A program made the position numbers and the translations under genes. This document shows, one piece after another, positions 41,352 to 51,510 of a stretch of DNA of 64,000 bases (position 1 is its first letter; each line of letters opens with the position of its first letter). The notes under the pieces were generated by a model, which had not been told where the DNA came from, made no database searches, and worked only from the letters and a program-made list of their open reading frames with translations. This DNA is from Candidatus Latescibacterota bacterium (lineage in GTDB: Bacteria > Latescibacterota > UBA2968 > UBA8231), in assembly GCA_965206595.1 (NCBI GenBank), contig OZ242214.1:2048001-2112000 (forward strand), given 5' to 3'.

Positions 41352-43211
41352 CCCTTGTTATTCATACAACCAGCGCATAAGCGGGCCTAGGCGCTTCCGA
41401 GACCCCACTGCATAGCCTCCAAGGCCTGCCTCCCTTCTATAGTTGCCTTTTTGGGTAGAGCCGTCCCCCTATCTCTACCGACCTTGTTGAAATTGTACGC
41501 GCCTCCGCGGAGACGCTTTCCTTGCGAGCCGATTACCCCCACCGACCCGGCCCGGGGTTACGCCATCCCCATATCCACGGGTCTGAGCGTGGCCAGGAAC
41601 CTCCACAGCCGGTCCCAGGGAGCCGCCATCCCTTGGGTCAGGATGACGCCCACCCTGCGTCCGTGCAAGGTGACGCGGGACGGCAGGCGCAGGTAGCGCC
41701 GTCGAAAGCTGTCCAGGCTCAGGGCCGTCGTCGAGCGTCCGTACTTGCGGGGCCGCCCGCGACGGGCCTCGGCGCGCTCGGCGACTTGACGGCCCAGGTG
41801 CAGCAGGTTGTAGGCCAGCAGGTTCAGGGTCAGGATCGCCTGGTTGGCGGCGAAGGCATCCCGGGACGGGGTGCGCTGACCCGGTGGACGACCGCGGTAG
41901 TGCTGTTTGCGCCGGGTGGTCGAGGAGAGCTGGGGCTGAAGGGTGGAGCTCAGCTCTCCGAGCATGCGCTCGAAGAGGCCGCGCTGACGGTAGAAGGCGA
42001 CCACGTCGCGGCCGCCCATCGTCTGGGGACTTTGGTCGGTGATCAGGAAAAAGTGGCGGGCGATGGGCAACTCCTCCGTCTCGGAGGGGACCCATACCAA
42101 TACCACCCGTCGGGGCTGCGCCCAGGACTTGGCTTGATAGCGCAGCTCGCGACAGCGAAAACCCTCTTCCCGCAACCGCTCCGGGTGCTGCGCCAGCTCC
42201 TGCTGATAGGCTTCCACCCAGGGACGAGCCAGCTCCTCCAGGCGCGCATTCTTCTTGATGCGCGACACGTACGAGGTGTTGTCCCGCGCTTCCAGCCGGC
42301 TCAGGAAGGGCCCGCTCACCGAGGCCGCGTCGAAGCGCAGGAGGACGCGGCCGGCCAGGTGCGACTGAATCCAGTCCAGGCGCTCCAGGATAGCCGCTTC
42401 GGCGCCCTCATGCGCGTGCACGTTGCCCGGCCGCAACACGGCGCCGAAGAAGTCGCCGGTCTGCGCCGAGCCGATGATCAGAGGATGGAACCCGGAGGCG
42501 TGGAAGTAGCCGTTGTACTCCACCCCCTGCTGGTGTCCGTGCACCGGCATCGGCAGGGCATCCATGTCGACGGCCAACTCCTCGTAGCGCAGCCGTCGTT
42601 CCAGCAACTGGCACCGGGACCCGGCGCTGCGCAGCACCGCTTCCTCCAACACCGCGCGGTTGCAGGCGCTGGAGGCTTGCCCGATCAGACGCGACAGCGT
42701 CGGCTGACTGGCCAGTCCCTGCGGCCGGCCTTCGTCGGCTGGGCGCAACGGCGACTGCCCTTTGCGATCGCTGACCGCCAGACGCAGGATCGGATCCTGC
42801 CGCAGCACGTCGGCGTCGGCGGCGTGGGGCAAGCCCTGCGCCATCAGCACGATCTGCGTGCGCAAAAGTTCCGACAGCGGGTGCGTGATCTGGTCCGGGC
42901 TACGGCGGTCCTCGAAGTGGGCATCCACCCAATCCAGAACCTGGCTGTGTTCAAGCAGTTGCCGCAACACCAGCGCACCGGGGTCGCCGCTGAGGTGAGT
43001 GGGGCGAGCTTCAATGTGAATGGAGCGGTTGAAAGACGGCTGAATCGGCCCGGCTTGCGGCGACGGGGTGGGGGACGGTAATTCACCCATTGGGTGTCCT
43101 CCTGTGTGGTTGGGTCAAAGGGTGATACTGCCTTGTGTTTCCCTCTGAAACCTAAGCATGGGAGGCACCCCAGTACAGCTCCTTTTACTGAAATTCCATG
43201 AATAACAAGGG
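41352..43211 (-). mobile_element. IS1380-family insertion sequence
   Basis: Perfect 14-bp IR CCCTTGTTATTCAT (41352-41365 / 43198-43211); flanks ctcag / atcag. Confidence 0.9.
41558..43090 (-). CDS. IS1380-family transposase (intact)
   Basis: LASQPTLSR, HGHQQGVEYNGYF, LRPGNVH, RFDA, FYRQRG..E. Confidence 0.9.
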   Translation of the reverse strand: MGELPSPTPSPQAGPIQPSFNRSIHIEARPTHLSGDPGALVLRQLLEHSQVLDWVDAHFEDRRSPDQITHPLSELLRTQIVLMAQGLPHAADADVLRQDPILRLAVSDRKGQSPLRPADEGRPQGLASQPTLSRLIGQASSACNRAVLEEAVLRSAGSRCQLLERRLRYEELAVDMDALPMPVHGHQQGVEYNGYFHASGFHPLIIGSAQTGDFFGAVLRPGNVHAHEGAEAAILERLDWIQSHLAGRVLLRFDAASVSGPFLSRLEARDNTSYVSRIKKNARLEELARPWVEAYQQELAQHPERLREEGFRCRELRYQAKSWAQPRRVVLVWVPSETEELPIARHFFLITDQSPQTMGGRDVVAFYRQRGLFERMLGELSSTLQPQLSSTTRRKQHYRGRPPGQRTPSRDAFAANQAILTLNLLAYNLLHLGRQVAERAEARRGRPRKYGRSTTALSLDSFRRRYLRLPSRVTLHGRRVGVILTQGMAAPWDRLWRFLATLRPVDMGMA

Positions 43212-43285
43212 ATCAGGGGCATCGGGAAGCCGGATCGCCCGGCTGGTTCCGCCTTTTGATGCAGCTCTCACGGGAGGAAAACAAA

Positions 43286-43480
43286 ATGGGATACCTCGTC
43301 ACAGCAGTACTGGAGCCGCTTGTCGCCGCGATTCTCGACGACGCTGGATATGTCTCACCCCGCAGAACCCTGCCGATAGCATGGACCGGCGGCGCCCTGA
43401 TGGCCATGGCCGTCCTGCTCGGCAGTGCCAGCAGCGCGGATGCGCATTCGGGCAAACATGACATGGGTTCAGACTTGTAG
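43286..43480 (+). pseudogene. Short or truncated ORF with signal-peptide-like segment
   Basis: RBS GGAGG then ATG; ends ...LLGSASSADAHSGKHDMGSDL*; sandwiched between IS ends. Confidence 0.4.
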
Positions 43481-44743
43481 AACAAAATCGAATCCCAATG
43501 GCTGGTGCGCTTGGAGTTGCACGCTCATAGCAGGCCGTTGAAAAACCGGGGAATTCCGAAAAATCGAAAGGATTTTAGAATGTAGGGTGTGTTTTGCGGT
43601 TAAATGGACCATTGGAGCGATATTCCCATATATAGAAACGAGCTCGAAAAGGGTAACGAAAAAAGCTTCAAACAGCGGCGCATTCGGCTAAAGAACTCAA
43701 AAACCCTTTTTAAACGATCAGCGCAGGCCCCGAAACCCGATGCCAGCCCATGAAACCCCCTCGGGGTTCCGCTTCCGGTGAGCTTGCGCATGGCCAGGCC
43801 GAGATTGAAGGCGCCGCCATGAATACACAGGCGCTTGTAGAGGTTGGTGTGGCCGCGCAGGTGAGTGCGTCGCATACCCCCGGTTTCATAGGTAGGAGCA
43901 AAACTGCGTTCCGCAAACTCGGCGCGAAGCCGCTGCAGCCTCTTGCCTCGCTCTCCTCGAAGGCGCCGGCGATTCGCATACACCGCCGCCTTGGCCGGCG
44001 CATCCTTTTTCCAGTTTCGACGGCCGCGATCCGGTTCCGAAACGTAGCTGCGAATCTCGGCCTCCTTCAACGTCTTCATGGTGTGATTGCTGTGATAGCC
44101 CTTATCCGCCACCACTTCGCTGAGCGCCGTCTTCTCCTCGACAGGAACCTCTTGCAGAGTGCGATCGGCCTGGTCCAGACTCGCGGCCAGCGACTCGGTG
44201 TCCCCTTCATCGGCGCCACACACCTGGATGGCCACCAGCGCCTGGGTGTCCAGATCGACCGTATGCTCGGCCTTGTGAGCCAAATGAGTGCGTCCGTCTT
44301 TCATCTTGGTACTGCGGGCATCCGCATCATGAGGATGCTCCCAGTCCTTGTTGGACGCCTTGTTCGCACGCTTCTTGTCGAGCCGGGCCAGGTCCTGCTT
44401 CGTCGGCGTTTGGATCCCTTCTGCCCGGGCCAGCCCTTCCAGGTACTCGGGGTAGGCTTTGCCCGTGTCCCGGCGCACGATGCTGCGCATGGCGGCGTTG
44501 GCTTCCAGCGTGGTGGCGTCCACCGCCACCGTCTTGCCCTTCAGCAGGTCGTGGTCGACCAACACCTTCAGCACCCAGTCGAAGACCGCTTGGTGCACCT
44601 CCACCGGCAGGCGCCCGCGTAGGCGCGACAGACTCGAGTGCTCCGGGGGGGTTTCGCTCAAGGGGTAGCCCAGAAAGCGGCGCAGGGCCAGGGAATCGGC
44701 GACCCGCCAAGCGATGCCCCGCTCCGAGCCCAGCCCTTCGAAA

Positions 44744-46367
44744 GTAACCGTTCAGTTCCCCTGGCAGATTGGGGCCGGGGGGCGGAATGGTTGCGGGCTG
44801 ATATTAGCGAATGGGGGAGTGGGTTGAAGGCAGCAGCGAGGGCGCCGGCTGCTGAGACACGGCAGCGTCACAGGCCATCCTGAGATAGTCGAGGACGTTG
44901 CGCTGTTGCTGGCCCAGGGTATCGCGCACCGTGAGCAGGCGCTCTACGAAACGGCTGCCTTCGGCACTGTGGGTACCGAAGCTGGTGTGACGCCACAACA
45001 CGCCATGGCGAAGGGCTCGTTCGGCTTCGTTGTTGGTCGGCTCGACGCCTTCTCTGCGTGCGAAGGTCCACAGGGCCGGCCCGAGGTCGAGGAGATTGGC
45101 GCAGGTGGCCGCCGTCTTGGCGTCGGCGAACCGCTGCCCATAGCACAAATGAAAACGAAAGCGCAGACACAAATCGTCGATATAGTCCTGGAAGCGGGCG
45201 CGGGACAGGGTGCCGTCGCGGACTTGATGCCACCAGGTAAACAGCTGCTCGCTGCGGTCCAACAGGTGGTGACCGACGCGCTCGGCCTCTCCGCCCCGGG
45301 CCACGAACTCCTCGAAGGCGCGCCGCAGATGCGCCCAGCACACTTGCCGGCGTCGAAGCGGCAGATGCCCATAGGCCGAATAGCGATCGCAGCCGACCAC
45401 CGCCGTGTTATCCGCACCCAGCATCTCATCGACCCCGTCGCGTCCCCGGCTGGGGCGAATGGAGAATACGGTGACGCCCTCGGTCACCGCGGTCCACAAC
45501 CAGGCCTTGGCGCGGCCCTGGCGCCAGCCGGTCTCGTCGACGTTGACGAGGCCCTGTCGGCGAACGAAGGCGCGCGCCTCCTCGACCGCACCCGCCAGGG
45601 CCGCAGCCACCTCCTGTTCCAGCCGGCTGACCGTACCCAGCGACACCTCGAGGCCGAAGGCGTCGGACAACAGCGCCCGGATGTTGCGCTTGCTCAGCCG
45701 GTAGGCCCCGGCCAGCAGGCCGACCCAGGCCTGCACGCTGGGACCGAAGGTGTGCCGCGATACGCCCTCGGGCCAACCGGCTGCGGTCAGGCGGTCGCAG
45801 TGAGCGCAGCGCAGGGTGTGCAGCTGATACTCGATGACCTCGGCCCGCAGCGGCGGGAGGACGACTTCCTGGTGACGCTGCGGATGAGGATCGTCTCCCG
45901 TCAACGGGTGCCCGCATCCGTGGCACTGGCTGGGCTTGACCGGGATCCGTTCGTCCACCTGCTCCACCGATACCCACGAGCGGCCGGGTCCTTCGTGCCC
46001 GGGCTGTCCGCCCGGCGAGCGCCCCGAGGACCGGCGTCGGGAGGTGTCGGTGCGCGGCGAGGAGGAAGCGCCCGATTGCGACGAGGCGGCCCGGGCACCG
46101 CGGCGGGAGCGCCCTTTGCGGCGGGCCAATTCCCGCTCCAGCTCCCCGATGCGCGCCGTCTGTTGTTCCACGATCTGCTCAAGCTGGACAATGCGCTGGC
46201 GCAGGTCGCCTTCGGAAATCGTACTCTCAGGAGGTCTCTTCATGGGGTCGCCGTATCCAGGGAAATCTGCAACACACAACCGATCCCGAAGATACCGACG
46301 AACCCGAAAACCCGCTTAGGTATTTCTTTATATGCTCAAACTACTGCAGGGGGGACTGAACGGTTAC
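44744..46367 (-). mobile_element. IS66-family (single-ORF, ISBst12-like) insertion sequence
   Basis: IRs GTAACCGTTCAGT at both ends; 7-bp TSD TTCGAAA at 44737-44743 and 46368-46374. Confidence 0.92.
44804..46243 (-). CDS. IS66-family transposase (intact)
   Basis: GGQPGH, CxxC, NVDETGW, QVCWAHLRR, PTNNEAERALR. Confidence 0.92.
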   Translation of the reverse strand: MKRPPESTISEGDLRQRIVQLEQIVEQQTARIGELERELARRKGRSRRGARAASSQSGASSSPRTDTSRRRSSGRSPGGQPGHEGPGRSWVSVEQVDERIPVKPSQCHGCGHPLTGDDPHPQRHQEVVLPPLRAEVIEYQLHTLRCAHCDRLTAAGWPEGVSRHTFGPSVQAWVGLLAGAYRLSKRNIRALLSDAFGLEVSLGTVSRLEQEVAAALAGAVEEARAFVRRQGLVNVDETGWRQGRAKAWLWTAVTEGVTVFSIRPSRGRDGVDEMLGADNTAVVGCDRYSAYGHLPLRRRQVCWAHLRRAFEEFVARGGEAERVGHHLLDRSEQLFTWWHQVRDGTLSRARFQDYIDDLCLRFRFHLCYGQRFADAKTAATCANLLDLGPALWTFARREGVEPTNNEAERALRHGVLWRHTSFGTHSAEGSRFVERLLTVRDTLGQQQRNVLDYLRMACDAAVSQQPAPSLLPSTHSPIR

Positions 46368-46693
46368 TTCGAAATAGCCGATCATGAGCAGGCGGAAATA
46401 GACCCCGGGAGCAATACTGGGGCGCCCCAACGTCTCGGCGTACTACGGGGCGCAGTGCGCTTCTACAAAGGCATCGAACCCATGCTCCGCCAGCAGCCTG
46501 TTGAGGCGAGTGTAAAACGGATGACCCGGCGTCTCGGACAGGGTGCGAGTCGGTACCCACATTTCTTGCTGCTGACTTTCTGGACGCTTGCTCATCGACA
46601 TAACCGCCTCCTGACTTCGGCCCCTTTTCTTTGGTGTTTTCTAATCTAGAAAAGGCCGATACGACAAGCAATCCCGTTATTGCGGTTTTTAAG

Positions 46694-48246
46694 GGGTGTA
46701 GCCGCGTTTTTACGCAGCCATCGTGTAGTGCGAGGTAGTCTTTTTAAGGTACCAGTTCCAGAAAGCCTCCCATCGTTTCGATTGCACGTGGACTCGCAGG
46801 TTGAGAATCAGCTGTCCTCCCTCGCGCGTCCAGCGCATACCGCTGCGTTTGAGTCGATGGCCGACCAGGGTCTTGGCGGCCGCCTCCACGGGACCACTGG
46901 AGAGGATCAAGCCCGAAGCGTGATAGCCGGCGTAGTCCATTTTATCCCGGTTGGTGCGGAAGTAGCCCAGTTCGGTGGTCGCCTGACGATGGCGTTGTGA
47001 TCCTTTTGGGAGTGTGCGGCAATGGTAGGCCAGGGAACGGATCAGGCCCTGAACGGCACCGGGCTCATGGCGCAGTTTGTGGCGCTATCGTCGATACCAG
47101 CGAAAAGCTTTTCCCGACCGCTTGCCGAAGAGGTGCTCGGCGGCCTTCGACAGATGCTGGGCCGCGTGGTAGAAGTCGAGTATGCGGGTGAAGCCGTCGA
47201 ACACCCCGAGCCCATCCACGGTACGCCAGATCTCGCGCTTGCCGTCGGCCAACACCACCCGGTGCTCGTAGCTCCCTTGCTGCAGGGCCCGATCCGTCTG
47301 GTTCACCAGGCCGTTGACCAAAGTTTCCATTTTCGCCTCCGGCATACGGGCGGCATAGCGCACGTCGACGCGTTGGGGTTCCTCCGCCTCGGGATCCAGC
47401 GGCGTCAGGTAGGTGGCGACCCTGCCCACCCCCGCCTCTTTCCAGGCCGTGGGGGCGCTGTCGGTTTCGCTGTCCATCGGTCGTTCGGCGGGCCGTCCGC
47501 GCTTGGGTGCCGGTTCCCGCAGGGGCACGGTAACTCCGTCCCAACTGACCACCAGGGTGTCGCCCTCGGGATCCAGCGGCGCCGCTGTTTGCAAGGCCAA
47601 CTCGAGTTGTTCGGCGTGGTCCTCGGCATACTGTCCGACCCGGGTCAACAGCTGCTGAATCGCCGTACGCGAGGGCGGCTCGGGCAGCAATTCACGCAAG
47701 CTGTTCTCGACCTCGGCAGGGACCATGCCGGCGCCCAGGAACGCCGTCAGGCGCTCCCGTTCCGGCACCATGAATCGCTTGACCATGCCGCAGCGCTCAT
47801 CCAAAGGCACCCGACTCGGTCCGCCGCGATCGCGTTGGTATAGCCGACGCGCCACCACAACCTTGCCCCACAGGGTCATCCACTCCTTGTCGACCACCTG
47901 CTTGAATCGGTACACCTTCCCGTGGTGTACCACGGTGTCGTCGCCCAATTCACAAGCTTGAGCCAAGCGTTGGAAGCCGCTTCGACCGATGTCGTCCAAG
48001 CACGATCGAAACTCCCCCAGCATCTGGCGAAAGGCATCCGGTCCTGCTTGCCCGGACTGCAGGCGATGTTCCCACTGCCGGACATTTTCCTGCAGGTTGG
48101 TCAGGCGAGCGCTCAAATCTTGCGTATCTTCCATCCGGGACCCCTTTCCGGTTTTTGGGCTAAGTCGTTACCCCCAAAAGTACAACTCGTACCCGGACTT
48201 GGGGTCCCACTCTTGTTAAAAAGTGCGTAAAGTGGAGGCTACACCC
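46694..48246 (-). mobile_element. ISKra4/ISLre2-like insertion sequence
   Basis: IRs GGGTGTAGCC-N5-TTTACGCA at both ends; no TSD. Confidence 0.8.
46710..48134 (-). pseudogene. ISKra4/ISLre2-like transposase with internal TAG
   Basis: WDG, LADG..IW, LDFYHA, SGPVEAAAK..RLKRSGMRW all in one frame, with a stop at 47085-47087. Confidence 0.82.
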
Positions 48247-48349
48247 ATAATTAATCGTGCCCTGCTAATCACATTTCCTACCCCATTCCCCAATAATTGA
48301 TGAATTTGGCAAAGTATATTTATGCTTTTGCACAAATTATACCTGCCCT

Positions 48350-48735
48350 CAGCGCCTCCTCGCCGAGCTCCACGGCGTCTCCGAACGCCAGCGCCGCTGG
48401 CCCCGCCGCGTGCGCATCGTCTCGGTCGAGGCGGTCGCCGAGAAGTGGCTGGTCCCGAGGCTGGCCGCCTTCTCAGCCACCCACCCCGGCATCGCCATCG
48501 AGGTCGAGACCAACCACCGGGGCGTCGATCCGGACGCCCGCGACTTCGACGCCTGGTTCGCCTACACCGGCGAGACCGCGGCTTCGCGCCCGGTGACGCG
48601 GCGTGAGGACATCCTGTTGGAGGAAACGCTCTACGAGGAGCAGCAGCTGCCGGTCTGCGCGGCGGTCCCCTGCTCTACGACCTGGGATGGGACGCCGACT
48701 GGGCGTACTGGTTCGCCCGCCAGGGCCAGTCCACG
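48350..48735 (+). pseudogene. LysR (GcvA-like) substrate-binding domain fragment
   Basis: AEKWLVPRLAAFSATHPGI.IEV, then W..WF after a frameshift; no HTH. Confidence 0.7.
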
Positions 48736-48779
48736 CCCGGCCGGAAGACCTGCGCATGGATCACCCGGGCGGTGGAATC

Positions 48780-49260
48780 GCTCTGCGCGCGCTTGTCCGG
48801 GCCGTGGGCATCCGCATAGCCGACCGTCGCCCGCAGCCGCTTGCCGGCATTCCCTGGTTGCGGCGTATAGCTGGTCAGCCCCGGATAGCGCCCCGCCGGC
48901 AGGGGGGGCTCCCACGGGTCCGTATCCCGGTCCCGGTGCTGCCAAGGCCACCCGTTCACCCGGATGCCCCCATCCGGGTCGGTGGGCACCGCGGTCAGCG
49001 GCGTGCCCACCCGCGGCGGCGGCGAGATCAGGGTCACCTCGCCGGGATCGTCCTCGTTGGTCACCCGCACCGACACCGGCAAGGCCGCATCCGCCGGCGG
49101 CTGACCGTCGGCGTCGGCCTCCACCGTCACTTCGTAGACCTGTCTCGGTTGGCGTCGGCCGGATTCTCGTAGTCCGGCGGCTCCTCGAAGCGGAGCCGGC
49201 CCGCATCATCGATCGTCAGGGTGTCGGCATCGGCCCCCCCGAGGGACCAGGACACCGGCG
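48780..49260 (-). pseudogene. Cadherin-like repeat protein fragment
   Basis: WSLGGADAD.L.ID..G.L.F...PDYENPAD, V.VTNEDDPG.VTL, DPDG, SYTP...GKRLRATVGY.D; frameshifted. Confidence 0.7.
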
Positions 49261-49289
49261 CGACCGCTTGCCCGTCCGCGGAGAGTTGG

Positions 49290-49530
49290 CCAACTGGCCC
49301 AGTTCGGCCATCGCCGGGGTGCAGGTCGGGGTGGCGATCACGTGCCTGACCCCCAGCTCGCAGGCGAAGGCCTCCTCGAACTCCTTCACGGTGTTGCCGG
49401 TCAGGCCGCCGTCGATCACTTCCTTGACGTAGATCCAGCAGTTGGGTCCATGGCGTGGAAACAGCGGCGGCACGATCCCCCGGGTGGAGTGGGCTTCGGC
49501 GCCCCGCAGGGCAGGGTCTGAACGGCCATC
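49290..49530 (-). pseudogene. DegT/DnrJ aminotransferase N-terminal fragment
   Basis: YVKEVIDGGL..VKEFEEAFA..LGVRHVIAT.TCT.AM; truncated. Confidence 0.6.
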
Positions 49531-49872
49531 GGGAGGTTCTACTCGGCACTTGGGTGGTTGTTGCCGGCATTTTCTGGCCACGGCTCCGGGCCGGACCAAA
49601 GACCGCTGACCAGGGGGCGTCTTTCCGGGACGACGGGAGGAGCGGGCATTCCTACCTTACTCCACCAACGAAAGCCGGAAACATCCCTTTACTTGCCAGA
49701 TCAGAAACCAGGGCCTGCGACGGCGACCCCGCCTCGGGCCTGGAGTTAGGGCAGCTTCGGAGTCCGGCGCATTGCGTCCGTGTCGAGCCGGGATTCCGAG
49801 GCGCGAAAGTGCTGCGGGGAGCGCCCCCTCGGATGAAGCTTTCAACGAATCGCCCAAAGAAGGAGAGTTCCC

Positions 49873-50592
49873 GTGAGCCAACCTCTGAAAGACCAGGTCG
49901 CCGTCGTCGTGGGCGCCAGCAGCGGCATGGGGAAGCAGACCGCCCTGTCCCTGGCGCGGGCAGGGGCGAGCGTGGTGGCGGCGGCGCGCAGCGAGGACAG
50001 GCTGCGGGAGCTGGCAGCCGAAATCGGGACAGAAACCCTGGCGTTCCCGGCCGACGTCGAGGATCCGGCCTCGGTCGAGCGCCTGATCGCCGCGTCGGTC
50101 GAGCGCTTCGGCCGCATCGACCTCCTCGTCTACGCCACCGGAACCAACATTCCCGAGCGCGGCCTCGAGGTGCTCACCCCCGAGACCTGGGACATGATGG
50201 TGGCGACCAACCTCAGCGGGGCCTTCCACTGCACCCGGGCGGTGCTGCCGGTCATGCGCTCCCAGGGGTCGGGACTGATCCTCTACGTCGGCAGCGCCTG
50301 CGTGCAGATTCCCGATCTCTCCGGGGTCTCGTACCAGGCAGCGAAGCACGGCCTCGTCGGCCTGGCGCACGGCACCTTCCAGGAGGAGCGGGAGAACGGC
50401 ATTCGCACCACCGTCATCTTCCCCGGCCTGACGGACACGCCGCTGGTCGACAAGCGGCCGGCGCCGACCCCGCCGGAAGTGCTCGCCAAGGCCCTGCAGC
50501 CCGAAGACGTCGCCGCGGCCTGCCTGTTCGTCGCCTCGCTGCCGCCGCGGGCCCGGGTTCCCGAGCTGACGCTGATGCCGGCAGGACTCTGA
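49873..50592 (+). CDS. SDR family oxidoreductase
   Basis: GASSGMG, YQAAK. Confidence 0.9.
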   Translation: MSQPLKDQVAVVVGASSGMGKQTALSLARAGASVVAAARSEDRLRELAAEIGTETLAFPADVEDPASVERLIAASVERFGRIDLLVYATGTNIPERGLEVLTPETWDMMVATNLSGAFHCTRAVLPVMRSQGSGLILYVGSACVQIPDLSGVSYQAAKHGLVGLAHGTFQEERENGIRTTVIFPGLTDTPLVDKRPAPTPPEVLAKALQPEDVAAACLFVASLPPRARVPELTLMPAGL

Positions 50593-50618
50593 CCACGAAA
50601 GGAATCGAAAGGAATCCC

Positions 50619-51437
50619 ATGGCCATCGTGATGTTCACCAAGAGCGTCAAGGACCACACCGTTCCCCAGCTGATCGAGCTCGCCCACGAGCTCGGCCTCG
50701 AGGGGTACGACCTCTGCGTGCGTCCGGAGTACCCGATCAACCCGGACAACGCCGCCACCGAGCTTGTCGGCGCGGTGCGCGTCCTGGGCAGGGCCGGGCT
50801 TTCCGTCCCGATGGTCACCGGCAACTTCGACCTGCTGCTGCCCGACGACGAGACCGCCGAGCCGATCCTGGGGGCGATGGACGCCGCCAACGTGCGCCTG
50901 CTGAAGCTCGGCTACTTCAAGTTCGATCCGCTGTCGCAGGATTACTGGACCGAGGTCGACGGCATCCGAACCGCCTTCGACGGCTGGAGCCGGCTGGCGG
51001 AGAAGCACGGGGTCAAGGTCTGCTACCACACCCACTCGCGCGGCTGCATGGGACTCAACGCCGGCATGATGGCCCATCTCGTGCGCGACTTCGACCCGCG
51101 GCACATCGGGGTCTACCTCGACCCCTGCCACCTCGTCGTCGAAGGGGAGGAGTTCCCGACGGCGGCCGCCATCGTCGGGGAACACCTGTCGATCCTCGGC
51201 CTCAAGGACGCCCTGCTGGTGCGCGGGGAACGGAACGGCCACGGCAGCAAACAAGTGCGCTGGGTGGAGGCGGGCGGCGGCATGGTCGACTGGACCGGGG
51301 TCTTCGCCGAGCTGGACCGCCTCGGTTTCGACGGCCCCCTGTCCGTGCACTGCGAGTTCGAGATCCCCGAGGACGGGTACAGGGCCGCCCTCGAACGGGA
51401 GGTGGCGTTCTTCCGCGCCCGCGCCGCGGGGGCTTAA
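50619..51437 (+). CDS. Sugar phosphate isomerase/epimerase (TIM barrel)
   Basis: YHTH, DPCH, GLKD, G.GMVDW, HCE. Confidence 0.85.
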   Translation: MAIVMFTKSVKDHTVPQLIELAHELGLEGYDLCVRPEYPINPDNAATELVGAVRVLGRAGLSVPMVTGNFDLLLPDDETAEPILGAMDAANVRLLKLGYFKFDPLSQDYWTEVDGIRTAFDGWSRLAEKHGVKVCYHTHSRGCMGLNAGMMAHLVRDFDPRHIGVYLDPCHLVVEGEEFPTAAAIVGEHLSILGLKDALLVRGERNGHGSKQVRWVEAGGGMVDWTGVFAELDRLGFDGPLSVHCEFEIPEDGYRAALEREVAFFRARAAGA

Positions 51438-51510
51438 CCTCGGGTCAGCCGCGGCAGATTCCCTGAGCCGACCTCGACACCCTGCCGGTCAACCACTCGG
51501 TCAGGGTGCG

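Larger units (their letters stand above)
43600..46601 (-). pseudogene. IS1182-family transposase, disrupted
   Basis: N-terminus (GHPFY..GRPSIAPGVYFRLLMIGYFE) joins GLGSERGIAW..VDAT..ADKGY..AERSF in frame when IS66 plus one TSD is removed; extra TAG at 46443-46445. Confidence 0.85.
43531..46690 (-). mobile_element. IS1182/IS5-like element interrupted by IS66; second end truncated
   Basis: End caggccgttgaaaaaccg at 43531; only cggttttt (46683-46690) remains of the partner IR. Confidence 0.75.

Noticed and set aside
43478-47087. Three in-frame TAG stops (43478, 46443, 47085) suggesting amber recoding
   Set aside because: TAG terminates normal genes in this window (ilvD, mlaD, iscS), and all three lie in decaying DNA.
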